Of a stretch of 64,000 nucleotides of DNA, positions 40,130 to 54,714 are shown one piece after another. Position numbers and translations under genes: made by a program. The stretch covers positions 106,516,001 through 106,580,000 of the forward strand of contig OX597820.1 in assembly GCA_951406725.2 (NCBI GenBank), in the 5' to 3' direction. This DNA comes from Octopus vulgaris (Eukaryota). Each line of letters starts with the position of its first letter. Within the stretch, counting starts at the first letter, position 1. The notes beneath the pieces were generated by a model that worked only from the letters and a program-made list of their open reading frames with translations, was not told where the DNA came from and searched no databases.

Positions 40130-42169
40130 CTACAATGAAAAAGAAAAGCTTTTATGAAAATTATCAATGACAAGAAATTTCAATTCTATAATTTTTCTTT
40201 TTCTCAATTATTTTTTTTCAATGTGAAATTCTAATTTAATATATTTTTTTATAAATTAAAATTAGAAGGCAAAGATTTTTAATTATAAACTTCAAAAGAG
40301 AAAAAAAATTTTCATGGACATTAGAAAACTTCCTTTGTTTTCATCTTTTCTTTTCTCACTTCCATGTGGATTTTTTTAATATATTTTTTTCTATAAATTA
40401 ATATTGTTGGGTAGAGAGTTCTATTATAGTTCCATTCACATCTAGGATGCTTTACAGAAATTCCAAACTGACCTTGGTACATGATTGGTATTTATTGTAT
40501 ATTGTCAACCCTAGAAAAGGGCAAAAGTCAAAGCCTGCATCAGTAGGTTTTGATCACAAAATGTAAATGGACGTAGTTGGATACTATAAGGCATTTTACC
40601 TGAGATTCTAAATATTTTACCAATTCACATTTATAATATTTTTTCTGAAATGAAAAGTTAAATTTATACTCAAAAACAATAAAAATATTAAAAAAGAAAT
40701 TGAAAATGAATCATTATTTCAATTTTTATGGTTTGAATGATTTCAAGTTTTAAATTCTGTGTGATTTCCTTACAACAAAAACATGTTCCTGAGCAAGGTA
40801 ATACTTCCCCCATGACCTGACACAACCAGGAAGATTAAACCTAAAGGTCACTGCTTGTATGATGGTGACGCTCCTTTACAACTGTCACACAAATTCAAGA
40901 CAAAGTGACACAAACACAAACACACACACACACACACACACACACATAGTGGACTTCTTTCAGTTTCAGTCCTCAGAAACTTCACATGGTTTTGGTCAAG
41001 CCAGTGCCAGAAAACACTTGCACAAGATGCAGTGGTACTGAACCCAAAACCACATAGTCGGGAAGCAAACCATGTAACCCTTTAGCATTCAGATTATTCT
41101 GTCAAATGTAATGCTTATTAATTACCATTCTTTTGAATCAATCATGCACTGTCTTGTAGTTTTGAGATTTCAATGGTGTGATTGTTTACTTTTAGTATGA
41201 CATTGTAGGATAGGTGTAAGAGACCAAATTTGGCCAGTTTGAACATTAAACAAGTAGTATATTTTGGCCAGATATGGCCAGTTCAAATGCTAAAGAATTA
41301 AACATATAATCATGTCTGCACATATCAGTATAAAGTGAGTGCGTGTATGCAAGTGTGTGTGTAGTCAGTTAATATGATGTAATTAATTAAATTCACTAGT
41401 CAGAGATGTAATTGTTTATAGATGTAGTAGAAACGGCTATAGTCAATTTGACAGGCAAAAGTTTGCTTTGTCTTGGTCAGTCATTATTATGCACTCACTT
41501 GTATTGACAGCCAATTAAATCCTGGGTGACCTTTCAGAATAGAACTGCAGAGATGATACTCAACTGCTGCATCCACGAGGAAGTAGGTAAGAGTGAATGT
41601 GTGTGCATGTATGTGAGAGAGCATACATGAGGGTGTGTGTGTGTGTGCTACAATATATGGAGGTGCAGTATTTTTTATCTTTTACTTGTTTCAGTTATGG
41701 TGTGCTGCTTCAAAGGGTTTTTAATCAAACAAACTGGCCCCAAACTAAACCCCAAAACCATGTGGTTGGGAAGCAAGTGTCTTAATCACACAGCCACACT
41801 CTAGTACCCATAAGTAAGTATAGGAGGTAAAATATACATGTTTTTATTAATTTATGTTTGGTTCTATGAATAGTCAGATAGTGTAAATATTGAAGTACAC
41901 CATCTGTTTTGTAGGGGTGGGGGAAAGGATCAACTTCAACAAAGTTTAGTTTTAAATGTTGTACATAAAAGGGCTCAAAATCTGTAAATAAAATAATTCA
42001 ATAAATAACTATTGATCAGTAAAATGTGTAGTCATATGTGGGTCTATGTTTTTGTGAAGGAGATCAGCATATTTTGATTTTACCAGAATATTCAGGATGG
42101 AATCAATTAACTGCTTCCCGTCAAAACTGTTGGTCTTGCAAATTAAATACAACTGCTTTGAAGTATCAG

Positions 42170-42815
42170 AGAAAATAACAAGCAGTATTTTTTCCAGCAG
42201 TTTATGTTGTGAGTTCAAATCCCACCAAAGTCAAGTTTGCTTTTTCATTCCCCTGGATATCTTTAAAAATGAAGTACCACCCTAAGATAATAAAGGTAGA
42301 TGGTATCAGTTAACCCTCAAAACTGCTGGTCTCTTGCCTCAGTTAGGAACAATTATTATTTTTATTAAGGTGGCAAGCTGGCAGAATCACTGGCACATTG
42401 GACAAAATGTTAAATGGTATTACTTCTGGATCTTTATGTTTTGAGTTCAAATTATGCTAACATCAACTTTGCCTTTAATCTTTTTGGGATAGATAACAAA
42501 GTACCAGTCAACTACTGGGGCTGATATAATCAAATAAACCCCTTCCCCTAAAATTGCTCACCTTGTGTCAAAATTTGAGAGAATTATTATTATTATTACT
42601 ATTAATAATAATGTTTAGTGGCATTTTGTTCATCTTTACATTTTGAGTTCAAATTCTGCCACGGTCAACTTTGCCTTTCATCTTTTCAGGTTCAGTGAAA
42701 TAAATAACAGTAAAGCACTAGTGTTGATGTAATCAACTAGACCTCTCCCTCAAAATTTCAGAATTTGTCCCTATAGTAGAAATAATAATAATAATGATTA
42801 TTATCATCATCATCA

Positions 42816-42846
<31 letters not shown>

Positions 42847-43320
42847 TAAGGTAGCAAACTGGCAAAATCTTTAGCATACCTGACATAATGCTTAACAGCA
42901 TTTCACTCATCTTTGTTCTGAGTTCATATTCTGCCAAGGCTAACCTTTCATCCTTTTGAGTACCAGTTAAGAACTGCGGTCAATGTAATCAATTTACCCA
43001 CTTCACCCAAATTGCTGGCTTTGTGTCAACATTTGAAATAATAATTATTATTATTATTATTATTGAAGGCAGTGAGCTAGCAGAATTGTTACTGTGCCTG
43101 ACAAAATATTTAGTGGCATTTCTTTTAGTTTTACGTTGAGTTCAAATTCCATCAAGGTCAACTTTGCCTTTCATCTTTTTAGGGTTGATGAAGTAAGTAC
43201 CAAACACTGGATTCAATGCAATCAACTAACCCCCTCCCCCAAAATCTCAGGTCTTGTGTGCCTAGAATAGAAAGGATTATTATTATCATTATTATTGCTG
43301 TTATTATTATTACTATTACC
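42170..43320 (+). mobile_element. Head-to-tail array of about five family-3 SINE copies separated by (ATT)n
   Basis: Recurrent AAGGT/CGGCAAGCTGGCAGAA...GAGTTCAAATT...GTACCAG...AAAATTGCT-like units, each ending in ATTATTATT. Confidence 0.75.
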
Positions 43321-43511
43321 ATTATTTCCTTTGATGTTCTAAGAAGAAGAAATGGTAGATATTGACATTTGTATTTCTCAAAAGTATATTATTAATGTTG
43401 TTAATGAAGTGAAATGGTTTCAACCAGGACTGAAACCATGTCACTCAATCAGTTTATTACTACAGAACCTAGTAAGCATCAAGAGCAGCACCCACAAATT
43501 TTTTAACTCAC

Positions 43512-43635
43512 CAAAAGTGGTAAACCTGATCCACTACCAGAACTGTGGTTTATCAAGTCTTTAATACATTCTCCTGGGTGTATCTGATTTTCTTCATCCA
43601 TGTACTGGGATCTTAGTAATCCTGTTCGACAAAAT
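43512..43635 (-). CDS. BMPR1: BMP type I receptor exon (juxtamembrane + GS box)
   Basis: ttgcag|(R)FCRTGLLRSQYMDEENQIHPGECIKDLINHSSGSGSGLPLL|gtgagt. Confidence 0.95.
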
Positions 43636-43899
43636 CTGCAACAAAAAAAAAATATTTGAATAAAAACTGGATTTAAAAAATGAACCTTTCTGTTAGTGTA
43701 TTTTTCTTGAAATACATTACCTTCATTTCAATTAATTTTGAAAATAATAAAGAATTTAGTAAATTAACTTTTGTCATTACCAACCTGGGATAAAAAATTA
43801 GCATAAAATTTTTATGGAAAGTTTTCATTTAGATTCCTTTAAAATAGCAAATTTGTATCACAGAATCAGGAGTTTCAGATGGGTTGCTATCAAAAGAGC

Positions 43900-44150
43900 T
43901 CTCTTACTTGTTTCAGTCATTTGACTGCAGCCATGCTGGAGCACCGCCTTTAGTCGAGCAACTCGACCCCGGGACTTATTCTTTGTAAGCCCAGTACTTA
44001 TTCTATCGGTCTCTTTTGCCAAACCGCTAAGTGACGGGGACATAAACACACCAGCATTGGTTGTCAAGCAATACTAGGGGGACAAACACAGACACACACA
44101 TATATATCATCATTGTTTAACATCCGCTTTCCATGCTAGCATGGGTTGGA

Positions 44151-44187
<37 letters not shown>

Positions 44188-44350
44188 GACGGGCTTCTTT
44201 CAGTTTCCGTCTACCAAATCCACTCACAAGGCTTTGGTCGGCCCGAGGCTATAGTAGAAGACACTTGCCCAAGGTGCCACACAGTGGGACTGAACCCGGA
44301 ACCATATGGTTGGTAAGCAAGCTACTTACCACACAGCCACTCCTGCGCCT
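43900..44350 (-). mobile_element. Near full-length family-2 tRNA-derived SINE with a family-1 tail fragment inserted at about 44107-44150
   Basis: Minus-strand head GTGGCTGTGTGGTAAG (A box) ... GGTTCAGTCCC (B box); central CA/TA microsatellite. Confidence 0.8.
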
Positions 44351-46864
44351 ATAAATAACTTTACAAATTAATATTTCTAGTAAGAATTTTATGTAAAAGA
44401 ACTAATAACAGAACTTGAAATTATGAAATAATTTAGCAACTCTTATCAATTGTTATTAAGTGCAGATTTTGGGAGATCACAATCCATTAGTCTCCTAATA
44501 ATCTAATTGTTGCTAAATGAGTGTTATAAGATATTTACTCAAACCAATCAATAGCTTGTATGTAGCTGAGAAAACACTTAGGGACAGCTTACAGATTCGT
44601 ACTCTAGACCACATTAGATTCCATGTAGATGATGGTGAAAGACAAGATTTGTTATTCTATTTTACTACCTGTTATCATTGTTTCAATGTCTACTTTTTTT
44701 CCCTTGCTTGCATGGTCTGAATGGAATATATTGAGGCAAATTTCCTATGGCTTCCCATCACCAGCCCTCACATGTTTACAAGTAAGATAATATTTCTCCA
44801 TGGCCAGATACGTTTTCACAGAAAGACACTGCTTATATGATGTCACTTCATGTCAAGATGAGGAGACACGTACATGTGCACACACATGACAATCTTCTTT
44901 TGTTTTCCATCTAGCAAATCTAGTTACAAGGCTTTGGTTGGCCCAGAATTATCATGAAAACACTTGCCTATGGTACCACACAGTGAGACTGAACCTGTAA
45001 CCAAGGGGTTGGGAAACAAACTCCTGAACTAAACAACCATGACTGTGCCTATATCTTAGGTTTATATATGATCAAAAGCTTCTATAATGGCTCATAGGAG
45101 TCAGGCAGGACTAACCCAGTCAGTACACAACAGTCTCAATTCCTGAGGGATGCATTAGTAGTTAATAGTTGGCAGCCTAGCTCAGTATTTCGGCCTAATG
45201 TAAACAATCAACAATTGCAGTTAATTTGATGTAATAAGCAGAGTTGTTGTTGCTGCTATTATTATTATTATTACTCTATTTCATGTGGATGGGATGGAAA
45301 ATTCACTCGTAGTAATTGTAGTGATCTGAAGTGTTGCTGGCATGTGAAATGGGGGGGAAGAGAGTTAGAAGGACTTTGTGGATAGTTTGGTGTGCAGCTT
45401 GCAAGGCCTGAGTGGCTGGAGTAGCTACATACAGCAGCTACTATTTTAGTAAACAGAGTTGTTTAGCCCAGCTTTTTTTTTTCTTCTTTCTTTTAAGTTA
45501 ATGTGTTCGTTGGTGATAAGTTGGACTATCTCAGTTTTCACACTTAATAATCACAAATAAGATAATGACTCTGAAGTAGAGTCATTGAAGTTCAAGATGA
45601 CAAGGAAAATGCACTCAAGTTCTTTTTTTTTTTTTTAAGTAGAAGGAGGACAGATAAAACAGGCTATAAAAACAAAATTAATAATAGAAATTTAAAAGAA
45701 AAAGTAAACAAAAAACATCTTGCCAAGAGGATTGCTGAGGCAGTAATATGAGGGACTGGTTGCTTCACAGTACCCTAGATGAGACAACTGGTTTCTGCTT
45801 AACACTTAATAACAACACACCTGAAACCAAAGTGTTTGTAACCAAAGCCTTTAACATTTAAACCAGCCAAAATATTCTATCCATTTTAGGTTTAAATTCA
45901 TCAGATCTTGCCCTAATGCCTACTTTACAATGTCATTCTAAAAATAGTCACATCATTAAAATCTCTAGGTTACAAGATAATGGCTGATTAATTCTAAACA
46001 ATGTGAAAAAAATAAGCATTGCATTTGTCAGAATAGCATGAACACTAAAGGGTTAAATTAAAATCATGATAAAAATATCATTATGTTTTTGCATTTGGTT
46101 AGCAAAATTCATGATGAGTAATTGCATTGAAATAGATTTTGAAACATCTTGGGAGGGTCACAATGCTAATAAGGAACACAAGCACTGGTTCTATTTCACT
46201 TCTTTTATTATCATTAGTTAACCATTTAACCAATTAAGTAGTTTGATTAATCAATTTCTTAATAATAATAAAAGAAGTGAAATAAAACTAGTGCATGTTT
46301 CATATTGGTACAATAATCCTCCTCAGATACAAAAAAAAAATCTTAATGTAACATAAATATGTACATATATTATATAATCCATGGTCATGATAAGTGCAGG
46401 CATGGCTGAAAGGTTTAGGAGTTTGCTTTCCAATCACATAATTTTGGGTTCAAACCCACTGCTGGTAGCTTGGTTGAGTGTCTTCCATTATAGTCCAGGA
46501 CCAACCAAAGATTTGTTAGTGGATTTGGTAGACAGAAACTCAAAGACACTCATCATGTATGCATGCATATGTATATGTATGCACATACATAATGTCTCCT
46601 TGTATTGTCATCTTGTCACTACGCCACAGTTGAAAACAAACATCACCATTGTACAAACAGTGTCCTTTTTTTTTTCAATCTTTCATGAAAATATGTCTGG
46701 CCATGGGGAAATATTACTTTACTTGAAAACAAGCCACAGAAAATTTGCCTCAATAAATTCAATCTGATACCCGCAAGCATGGAAAAGTGGAGACAAACAC
46801 ATGTGTCAAGTGAGACACCCACCTTTATATCTAAGAATGTATGTATGTGAATGCGTGTGTGTAC

Positions 46865-46931
<67 letters not shown>

Positions 46932-47265
46932 TCTAACATTCCGTGCTTTCATGGGTTGACAAGAGCTGGCTAGTTAGAAGACTGCACCAGGCTTCAGTGT
47001 CTGTTTTTATATTATATATATATATCCTTTAAGTTTGTTTATGGGAAACATTTTTGTGTGTGCTCACAAAAAGCTCCTATGCTATTTTTTCTAGCTCCAC
47101 TTATTATTCCCATCTTCCAGAGTAATTTTATGACTGCAGGTATGCTAGGGCACCACCTTGAAGAAATTTCCAAACTTATTGGCCAGACTACTTATTCTAC
47201 TGGTTTCTTTTGCCAAACCGATAAGTTATCGTGACATAAACACACCAGCACTAGTGGGACGGACG

Positions 47266-47318
<53 letters not shown>

Positions 47319-47598
47319 TTCTTTCAGTTTCCATCTACTAAACCCACTCACAAGGCTTTGGTGAGCCCAAGGCTACAGCAGAAGACACTTGCCCAAAGTG
47401 CCATACAGTGAGACTAATCCCCAAAACATGTAGTTGGCAAGCAAGCTTCTTGCCACACACACACCACATGACATTCACCTCCCAATGAAGATTATTTCAT
47501 ACATAGTGTCCCAAATACCTTCAATTCATCAATAATAAAAATATTTAAAACTAAAAATCTGTTGCATTATTTATAACTTCTGTTATCAATGATAATTA

Positions 47599-47988
47599 CC
47601 ATATTTTAATATATATATATAAGGAACCCATTTTTGTCAAAAATTAGGTTTAACCCTTTAGCATTCAGATTATTCTGTCAAATGTAAAGCCTGTTTAATC
47701 ACATTGTTTTAAATTAATTGTACAGCATCTTGTAACTCTGAGATTTTGATGATGCCCCTGTTTATTTTTAGAATGACTTTGTAGGGTAGGTGTGAAAGGT
47801 CAGAGCTGGCTGGTTTGAGCATATAACAAGAAGACAATTTTGGCCTGATATGGCTGGTTTAAACACTAAAGGGTTAAAAAAAATGGGAGTTTCTTATACA
47901 TGGATAGTATTATAATCCCTTACAAAACCTTTTTCCCAAATTTTAAGCCCAAATGATGAGGAGATTCCTTATACATGTTAAGATATGG
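47599..47988. mobile_element. pogo/Tc-like MITE containing a nested piggyBac-like MITE (47654-47873)
   Basis: Outer TA|CCATATTTTAA...TTAAGATATGG|TA; inner TTAA|CCCTTTAG...CTAAAGGG|TTAA. Confidence 0.7.
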
Positions 47989-50193
47989 TAAATTAGACAA
48001 GCCAGTGGCTGAACAAGAACAAGATGCATTTTTCAGGCTTAAACATCAGAGTAGAAGGTCAGATAAAAGACATAGGTATGTTGAACTAAAATATATACAC
48101 ACTGAATAGTGTCTTCCAATTGCAATGGTAAAGAAACTGAAGTGTCACAGTAAGGAAGCAGCATTTTCACTGCTCAACATGAAATTCTAGCAGTTTACAA
48201 CAAAGGTAAAATTGAAGTGAACAGCTGCTGTTATTGTGCAACCTTCAAACAAAAGAAGTGCAGCTGTCAACATCAGAGGAATCCTTAAAATATCCTGTCG
48301 TGAACCTAAGAGCCAGCTCTATTATGATTTCAAAAGATGTTAATGTATTCTTTCCAGAATAATCTCATTGACATCCTGTTGATAACAATTTTCTTTTTTC
48401 TTTACATTATAAATGTCTTTATCAAATAGTTTACACTTGTTTTAACTGTTTCCTAATAAAATCATATTTACATAAAGAATATCTGAATGACTTGAACCAT
48501 TTATGACTCAATTTCTACTCAATTATGAGTAGACTGAGTAAAAAGTGTTTCAAATAATATTAAACATCAAGATTTAGGTAGGGTTTAAGTAACAAAATAT
48601 GTTATTTTATAAATTAGGATACAGAGAGCATTGGAGTCTTGCAATATCATTAATGTAATGTTTTGATTGAGATTTTTATTTAAATATGAACATTTAGTAT
48701 GACTGATTTGTAACAGGTTGGTATTAAGAGGGTTACATAAATCTTTACAAAACATCATGAAGTTTATACTTGAGAGGCTACTGAATTATATTTTGAAGGT
48801 TGATATTGAAATAGAAGACAAAGAATTAAACTATATATAGAGGGGGCACCACTTGCTCTCTATTACTGACTTCTTGGTCCCCAGGACTCATATAAAATTT
48901 CCCACCACCCCTTTGAAAACACTGCTAAACATGGATAAAAAGTATTGTGAAGTTGAACTCAAAGAATACTAAGGATATTATTAGTAAGCTCAAGTTGAGA
49001 CTCAAAAGCTGCTTACAAACTCAGTTTACAAACCTCAGTTTATAAGGTTTGTCTTTTAATTGCCTTATGAGATTGTTGAAGGATTGTCTTTTCCCCCAGA
49101 AGCTTGAACTATTGATTATACAAGCACTTGACCTCATCAGTAAAACAGACTTCACACAATTGTTCCTAACTTCTGGTGAGTTATAGTCACTTAGCTGGAG
49201 ATAAAGTAGACATAGAATAACAAGCTCATAATACTATATGATGTAATAATCTGCAATAATTTCATCCAGAAGTGAAACACCTTCATACAAAAAAAATGTT
49301 TCTGGTTCTTTGCAAAACCCCATAAAAAGGCATTTCTGAATTGCTTTGAAACATATGACATGGGTTCCACCAAAGCTATTTTCCCATATATTCATTTATT
49401 CAGTTCTCACTGTGCCTTGTGGCAGTTCAGGCGACAGCAAGATCATTCCACCTTCCAACACTGAAAGCATCCTTTTCCTATATAGCCTAAGTTAAATAAA
49501 TTAAATGCCTAACCTAAAAGACACAACAAATACTTGTACTCTAATAACAATCCAAGGCAAAAGAAGAGGAGCTAACGTTATCAAGTGATTATGGCCATGC
49601 ATTCACCAAGCAACTACAACTATGCATTCATCAAGCATCTCTATATTCAAATACATATTTTTTTGTATATATTTTCCAGCAAACTATTTTCATATCTGCA
49701 TCAACTACTTAATTGTGAAACAAAACTCCAATTTGTATCAACTGCACAGGTTTGCTTTGAGACCAAACAAGTGCAGCAGTAAATTCCAAACTTAACACCA
49801 GCATCTTTATCATAACTATCAAGCTGTTGTACGTCACAACAGCATAATTCATCCTTCCACCAAAAAATATAAGAATTTGAAGATAAATCTTGGATAAAAA
49901 AAACAAAACAATCTTTTTATTATTAAATAAGGCTTCTGTTGCCATACTTTGGTTGAAATACACTGAATTAAATTAATTTTGAAAATAATGAAATTAATTT
50001 TGAAAAAAATGAAAAAATAATACAACTTTGTCATCATTAACCTGATGTTTGGAACAAATTAAATGGAAATTTTAATGGAAGGTTTTAATCTGGATTACTT
50101 TAAAAGAAGAAGTTTGTATCGTAGAACAAGCGATAGTTGCTGGCAGGTTGGTGTAAAAAAAATGGATGAAAGCAAAACCAACAGATAACTTAC

Positions 50194-50302
50194 CTTTGAT
50201 GACCCCAGTGCATTGCTATAATTAACAATATTACACAAAATAATAGTGAAACTGCAACAACAATTTTGCAGGTATTGTTAAAGTTGGTATCAGTTTGAGG
50301 AC
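50194..50302 (-). CDS. BMPR1: BMP type I receptor exon (transmembrane helix)
   Basis: ttttag|(G)PQTDTNFNNTCKIVVAVSLLFCVILLIIAMHWGHQ(R)|gtaagt; phases 1 and 2 fit both neighbours. Confidence 0.9.
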
Positions 50303-52069
50303 CTAAAAAGATTTTAAAAAAAAACAAAACATAATAGCATAAATATATTCTTGCAAATATAGCCATGCACTTTTATAACCTCTACCCACCCACACACCTT
50401 TTCTCCTGTCCCCACCCACCTTTACTCACCTTGTATCTTGAGAGTCTACTCATTCCTACTATTTTTATCTCTTTCTAACTCTACCCTGGCCACTCATATT
50501 CTGTACTGGTCCCATCTCTAACACTTTAACCCTTCAAACTGACTCCCCCTCTACTATACACCCAGTCAGTTGATGGAGAGCTTAGTCTTCCAAGCTGCAT
50601 GGCAATCTCACTAATCCTTGTACCATGAGAAAAGCACCTGAAACATAATGTAAAATGATTGGCATCAGGAAGGGCATCCAGCTGCAGAAACGATGCCAAA
50701 GCAGGCACTGAAACCTGATGCAATCCTTGGGCTTGTAGGCTCCTGTCAAACCATGCAACCCATGCCCTCATGGAAGATGGACATTAAATGATGATAAAGA
50801 ATAACACAAATATATATTAGGGTAATAATTAAACTGATGCAATTATTTGTTTTTATTTAATCATATAATAAATAAGAAAAGAAAGGGCTAAGTGAATTAT
50901 ACATTTATCAGTTATTCATTTATGTTTGGTATGTGGTAACAGAACAGCAAAGCCAGAAAATACTTCAGCCGAGAACAACTGCTGATACTCTACAAAAATT
51001 AGATCCACAATAAAGTATTACTCCCATATCTTAGATAGTACTACTGTTGTTACTGATTATGATGATGATGATATTACACACACAGGCATCCTAGGTCATA
51101 TCTAAGGAATGACCACTCAACTGATTGGCAAGAAACTGCACACCAATACACTCCAGTCTCTGGCCTACAGACTTGCTGACTCCTGACTTTTCTATTACTG
51201 TTACTACTATGGCCTTTACAATTCAGTATTTCAAATTTACTAATAAACATGTCATATAAGCATTAAAAATAAACAAACAAAAAATGAAAAATACTTTCAT
51301 TTAGAAAGATATCTCCAAAAGAACTAGTACCATCTTACAGAATTTGTACAACTATGTGAAATTAAATTTTAAAAATTGAGAAAATCATTTGGCAGCAACA
51401 ATTTTTTTTTTTAATTCCTTTTCATATGTTATTATTATCATCACTATGTATAGTTGTTTCCAGAAATAAAATTAATCTTTAGACTCAAGCAGGAAATTTA
51501 ACAGTTCATTAGACAAGGTGTTTCCATCTTTTAAAACTTAGGTGTTTCATTCAAGTCCTAAAATATGAGGCAATATGCCAACAAGAACACAGCTGTGTAA
51601 CAACAATAACCACTGACTGATTAGTTCCTTTATGGTAATTGTTGGGAAGAGAAAGCTGTAGAATTTTGGGCATGTCCTGAGTACCCACATCTTAAAAGGA
51701 AGAGTCAATAACAACTGAGGAAGAGGTAAAATCAATGAATAGACTGGAAGACCTGTGGTTGAGTGCACAACCAGGACCAGTAGTAAGAATTAATGCAGAG
51801 AAATGGTGTATGCATCCATGGTTTCTGACTCACAGCAATGAGGATGGGAGTAAGCAAAAAGGTAAGTTCATTAAATTGTGCATTACAATGCTATTATTTT
51901 TAACAGGTTGGCCAACCACTTAGAAGGTCACTCATTGGCTAATTAGCTATGAAGTTTTGAATAGATTTGCACCATCATAGATGTATTACAATATTCATGT
52001 GTACATCAACTGCAGAGAAAAATATTGATCAGTAAAAATCAGTCAAGAAATGAAAAAGTGTATACTTAC

Positions 52070-52190
52070 CAGGGATTGGAGTTGTACTCCGTTCTATGAA
52101 TGTGGGCTTCAAATCTCTATTGCAGTAATCTTCCCCATCACAACATGCTACAGTCTGAGGGGTAACATGAGGAACCAAATCCCCTTTACA
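52070..52190 (-). CDS. BMPR1: BMP type I receptor exon (ectodomain Cys box)
   Basis: attcag|CKGDLVPHVTPQTVACCDGEDYCNRDLKPTFIERSTTPIP(G)|gtaagt; CC-x5-CN box. Confidence 0.95.
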
Positions 52191-53612
52191 CTGAATATAT
52201 AAATAACATAAAATACATATATAAATACATAAACACCTACATACACAGTCAAACATGCATACATGTAAACACAGAGTCAAAGATACATACACATAATTAT
52301 ATAAAAAACACCCGCATTGTCAAACACTGAGTAAGGCTTCTGTCATTTTTTTAAGGAGTGTGAAGAATACATGTCTGATGAGAGAGGTTAACCATCCTAA
52401 CCAGATAGTAGGGTACTGGCAATCAGAAATTCATCTCAAATATAACTTCCATGTAAGTAACACCATTATATTTTTATATACACACACGTGTGTGTGTGTG
52501 TGTGTGTGTGGCATGCAAGGAGATGAATCCAACAATATTAGAATTATCTCCCTTGAGGGGACAAGCAAACAGAGAGGTAGACATACTGCCAATTATGTTC
52601 TCTCTTTCTTTCTCTCTAAGGTAGCAAGCTGGCAGAATCATAAGCACTCTGGACAAAATGCTTAGTGGCATTTCGTTTGTCCATACATTCTGAATGGAAA
52701 TTTTGCTGAGGTGGACTTTGCCTTTCATCCTTTCAGAGTCAATGAAATAACTACCAGTTGATCACTAGGGTTGATGTAATTGACTTGTCCCCTCCCCTAA
52801 AATTTCAGGCCTTGTGCCAATAGTAGAAAGAGTATTCTCTCTCTCTCTCTCATGCATGCACACTCACAAATAATATCCAATAGGTTTCAGTTGACAGCAT
52901 GTCAGGCCATAATTAATTTAACATCACATAATGTATGTGGTGTGTGTGTGTGCGTACCCGTGCATGCATGCGTATGTATGTGTTGCAAAGGAAAGGAAAT
53001 TAATAAATAACAGAATGAAAAATTAAATGAAGTGAAAAAAGCAGAAGAAAATCTTGATTAATTCTAATTGTTGATTAAGAAACAGAAGCCCGTAATATTG
53101 TCAATGCTAACATAAAATGACTGTTCTTGTCAGTTCAGTATGGTCTGTACACAATTAATTAAAGACAGCTAGTGCCTTCAACTATAGCTCCTGACTGACC
53201 AAAGCCATGTGAGTGGATTTGGTATTTAGAAACTGAAAGAAGCATCTGTCTCTCTCTCTGTGATATATATATATATAGAGAGAGAGAGAAAGTATTTCCT
53301 CATCTCCACGTGTTTTGCTCACTGTGGCTTTGTGAACAGTATTGTCTGCTTGCAATCTATCACAAAATTATGTCCATGCTTGTTGACATGTCTCAACATT
53401 GTTTGATCTTTATAAAATAAAAACTTTTTCATATGGTGTAGTTTGCTTTCAGATCTCCATGTAAACATGTCTGAATTGTTTGTTGCTTGCTAGACAAGAA
53501 GATTATTACCTCACTTGGAAATTAAGAGGAGGCTGGCAACAGGAAAGGCTTCTGGCTATAGAAAACTCAGCCCCAATATACTCTGTATGGAAAAGTAGAC
53601 AGTAAAACAATG

Positions 53613-53653
<41 letters not shown>

Positions 53654-54714
53654 AGTGAGTGAGAGACAGAGAGAGAAATCATTCTAACGTCCATTTCCCA
53701 TACTGGCATGGATGGTTCAATAGAGGAGCTGGCAACCCATTGGACTGCACTAAATTCTAATGTTTGCTTTGGCATGGTTTCTATAGCTGAATGTCCTTAA
53801 TGCCAACCACTTCACTTGGAAAAAAAAGAAGATGGTGATAAAGATGTGTCAGGGAGCATCCTCAAGTTACAGGAAGGTGAATATAAGTGGAGTGGGTGGG
53901 TAAATTTGTATGAGAGTGAGAGGAAAGTGGCAGATGAACAGAGGGAAATGGAGTAGTGAACACAGGTGGAGGTGTGGTCAATCATTAATATCAACTGGAG
54001 GGAAAGGTGGAGGAAGTAGGAGTGGGTCAGGGAGGCAACAGGTGGCAGCACAGATGATGTGAAGTGGGGGTGGGTGGAACTAATAGATGAACCAAGGTAA
54101 TAGAGGAAAGCTTACACGTTGGCAAAATGAGGGGTAACATGAGGGGGAAAGAGGAGGTGGAAGGGGATGTTCAATGGAAAATAAGAGGGAAAGGGATTGT
54201 ACTGAGAATGTAGGGGGAAAAGGAAGCAGTTCCAGGGTGGGAGAGTGGTAGAGAGATTTGTCAGGGGCAGATTTGGTGCAAGGGCATAGACATAAGCAAT
54301 ATGCTTTTATTGACACAGAGGGCTGGGTCTTCTCAAGCACAGCAAATCACCAATCATCTTCTATGAGGCTCAACTTCCAAATAACACAAATACATTTCCA
54401 AGTAGGGTAATACTTCTTCCATGGCCAGACATGTTTTCCATGGCAGACTGAGAACAAACAACATCACTTGTATGTCATTGATGCTCATTTACACACACAA
54501 TGGGTTTCTTTCAGTTACAAAATCCACTCACAAAGCTTTTTATAATCCAGGTGCTATAGTAGAAAACACTTATTCAAGGTGTGATGCAGTAGGAATGAAC
54601 CTGAAATGAGTGTGTGTGTGTGGGGGGGGGGGGGGTTAACTTTAGATTAACATATTCTAGCAATATGTCATGTTTCAACATTTTTAACTCATTTATTGTT
54701 GACAAATAATATTG

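Noticed and set aside
44270-44350. tRNA gene
   Set aside because: A- and B-box-like motifs are present, but they form the head of a multi-copy SINE and I could not fold a cloverleaf.
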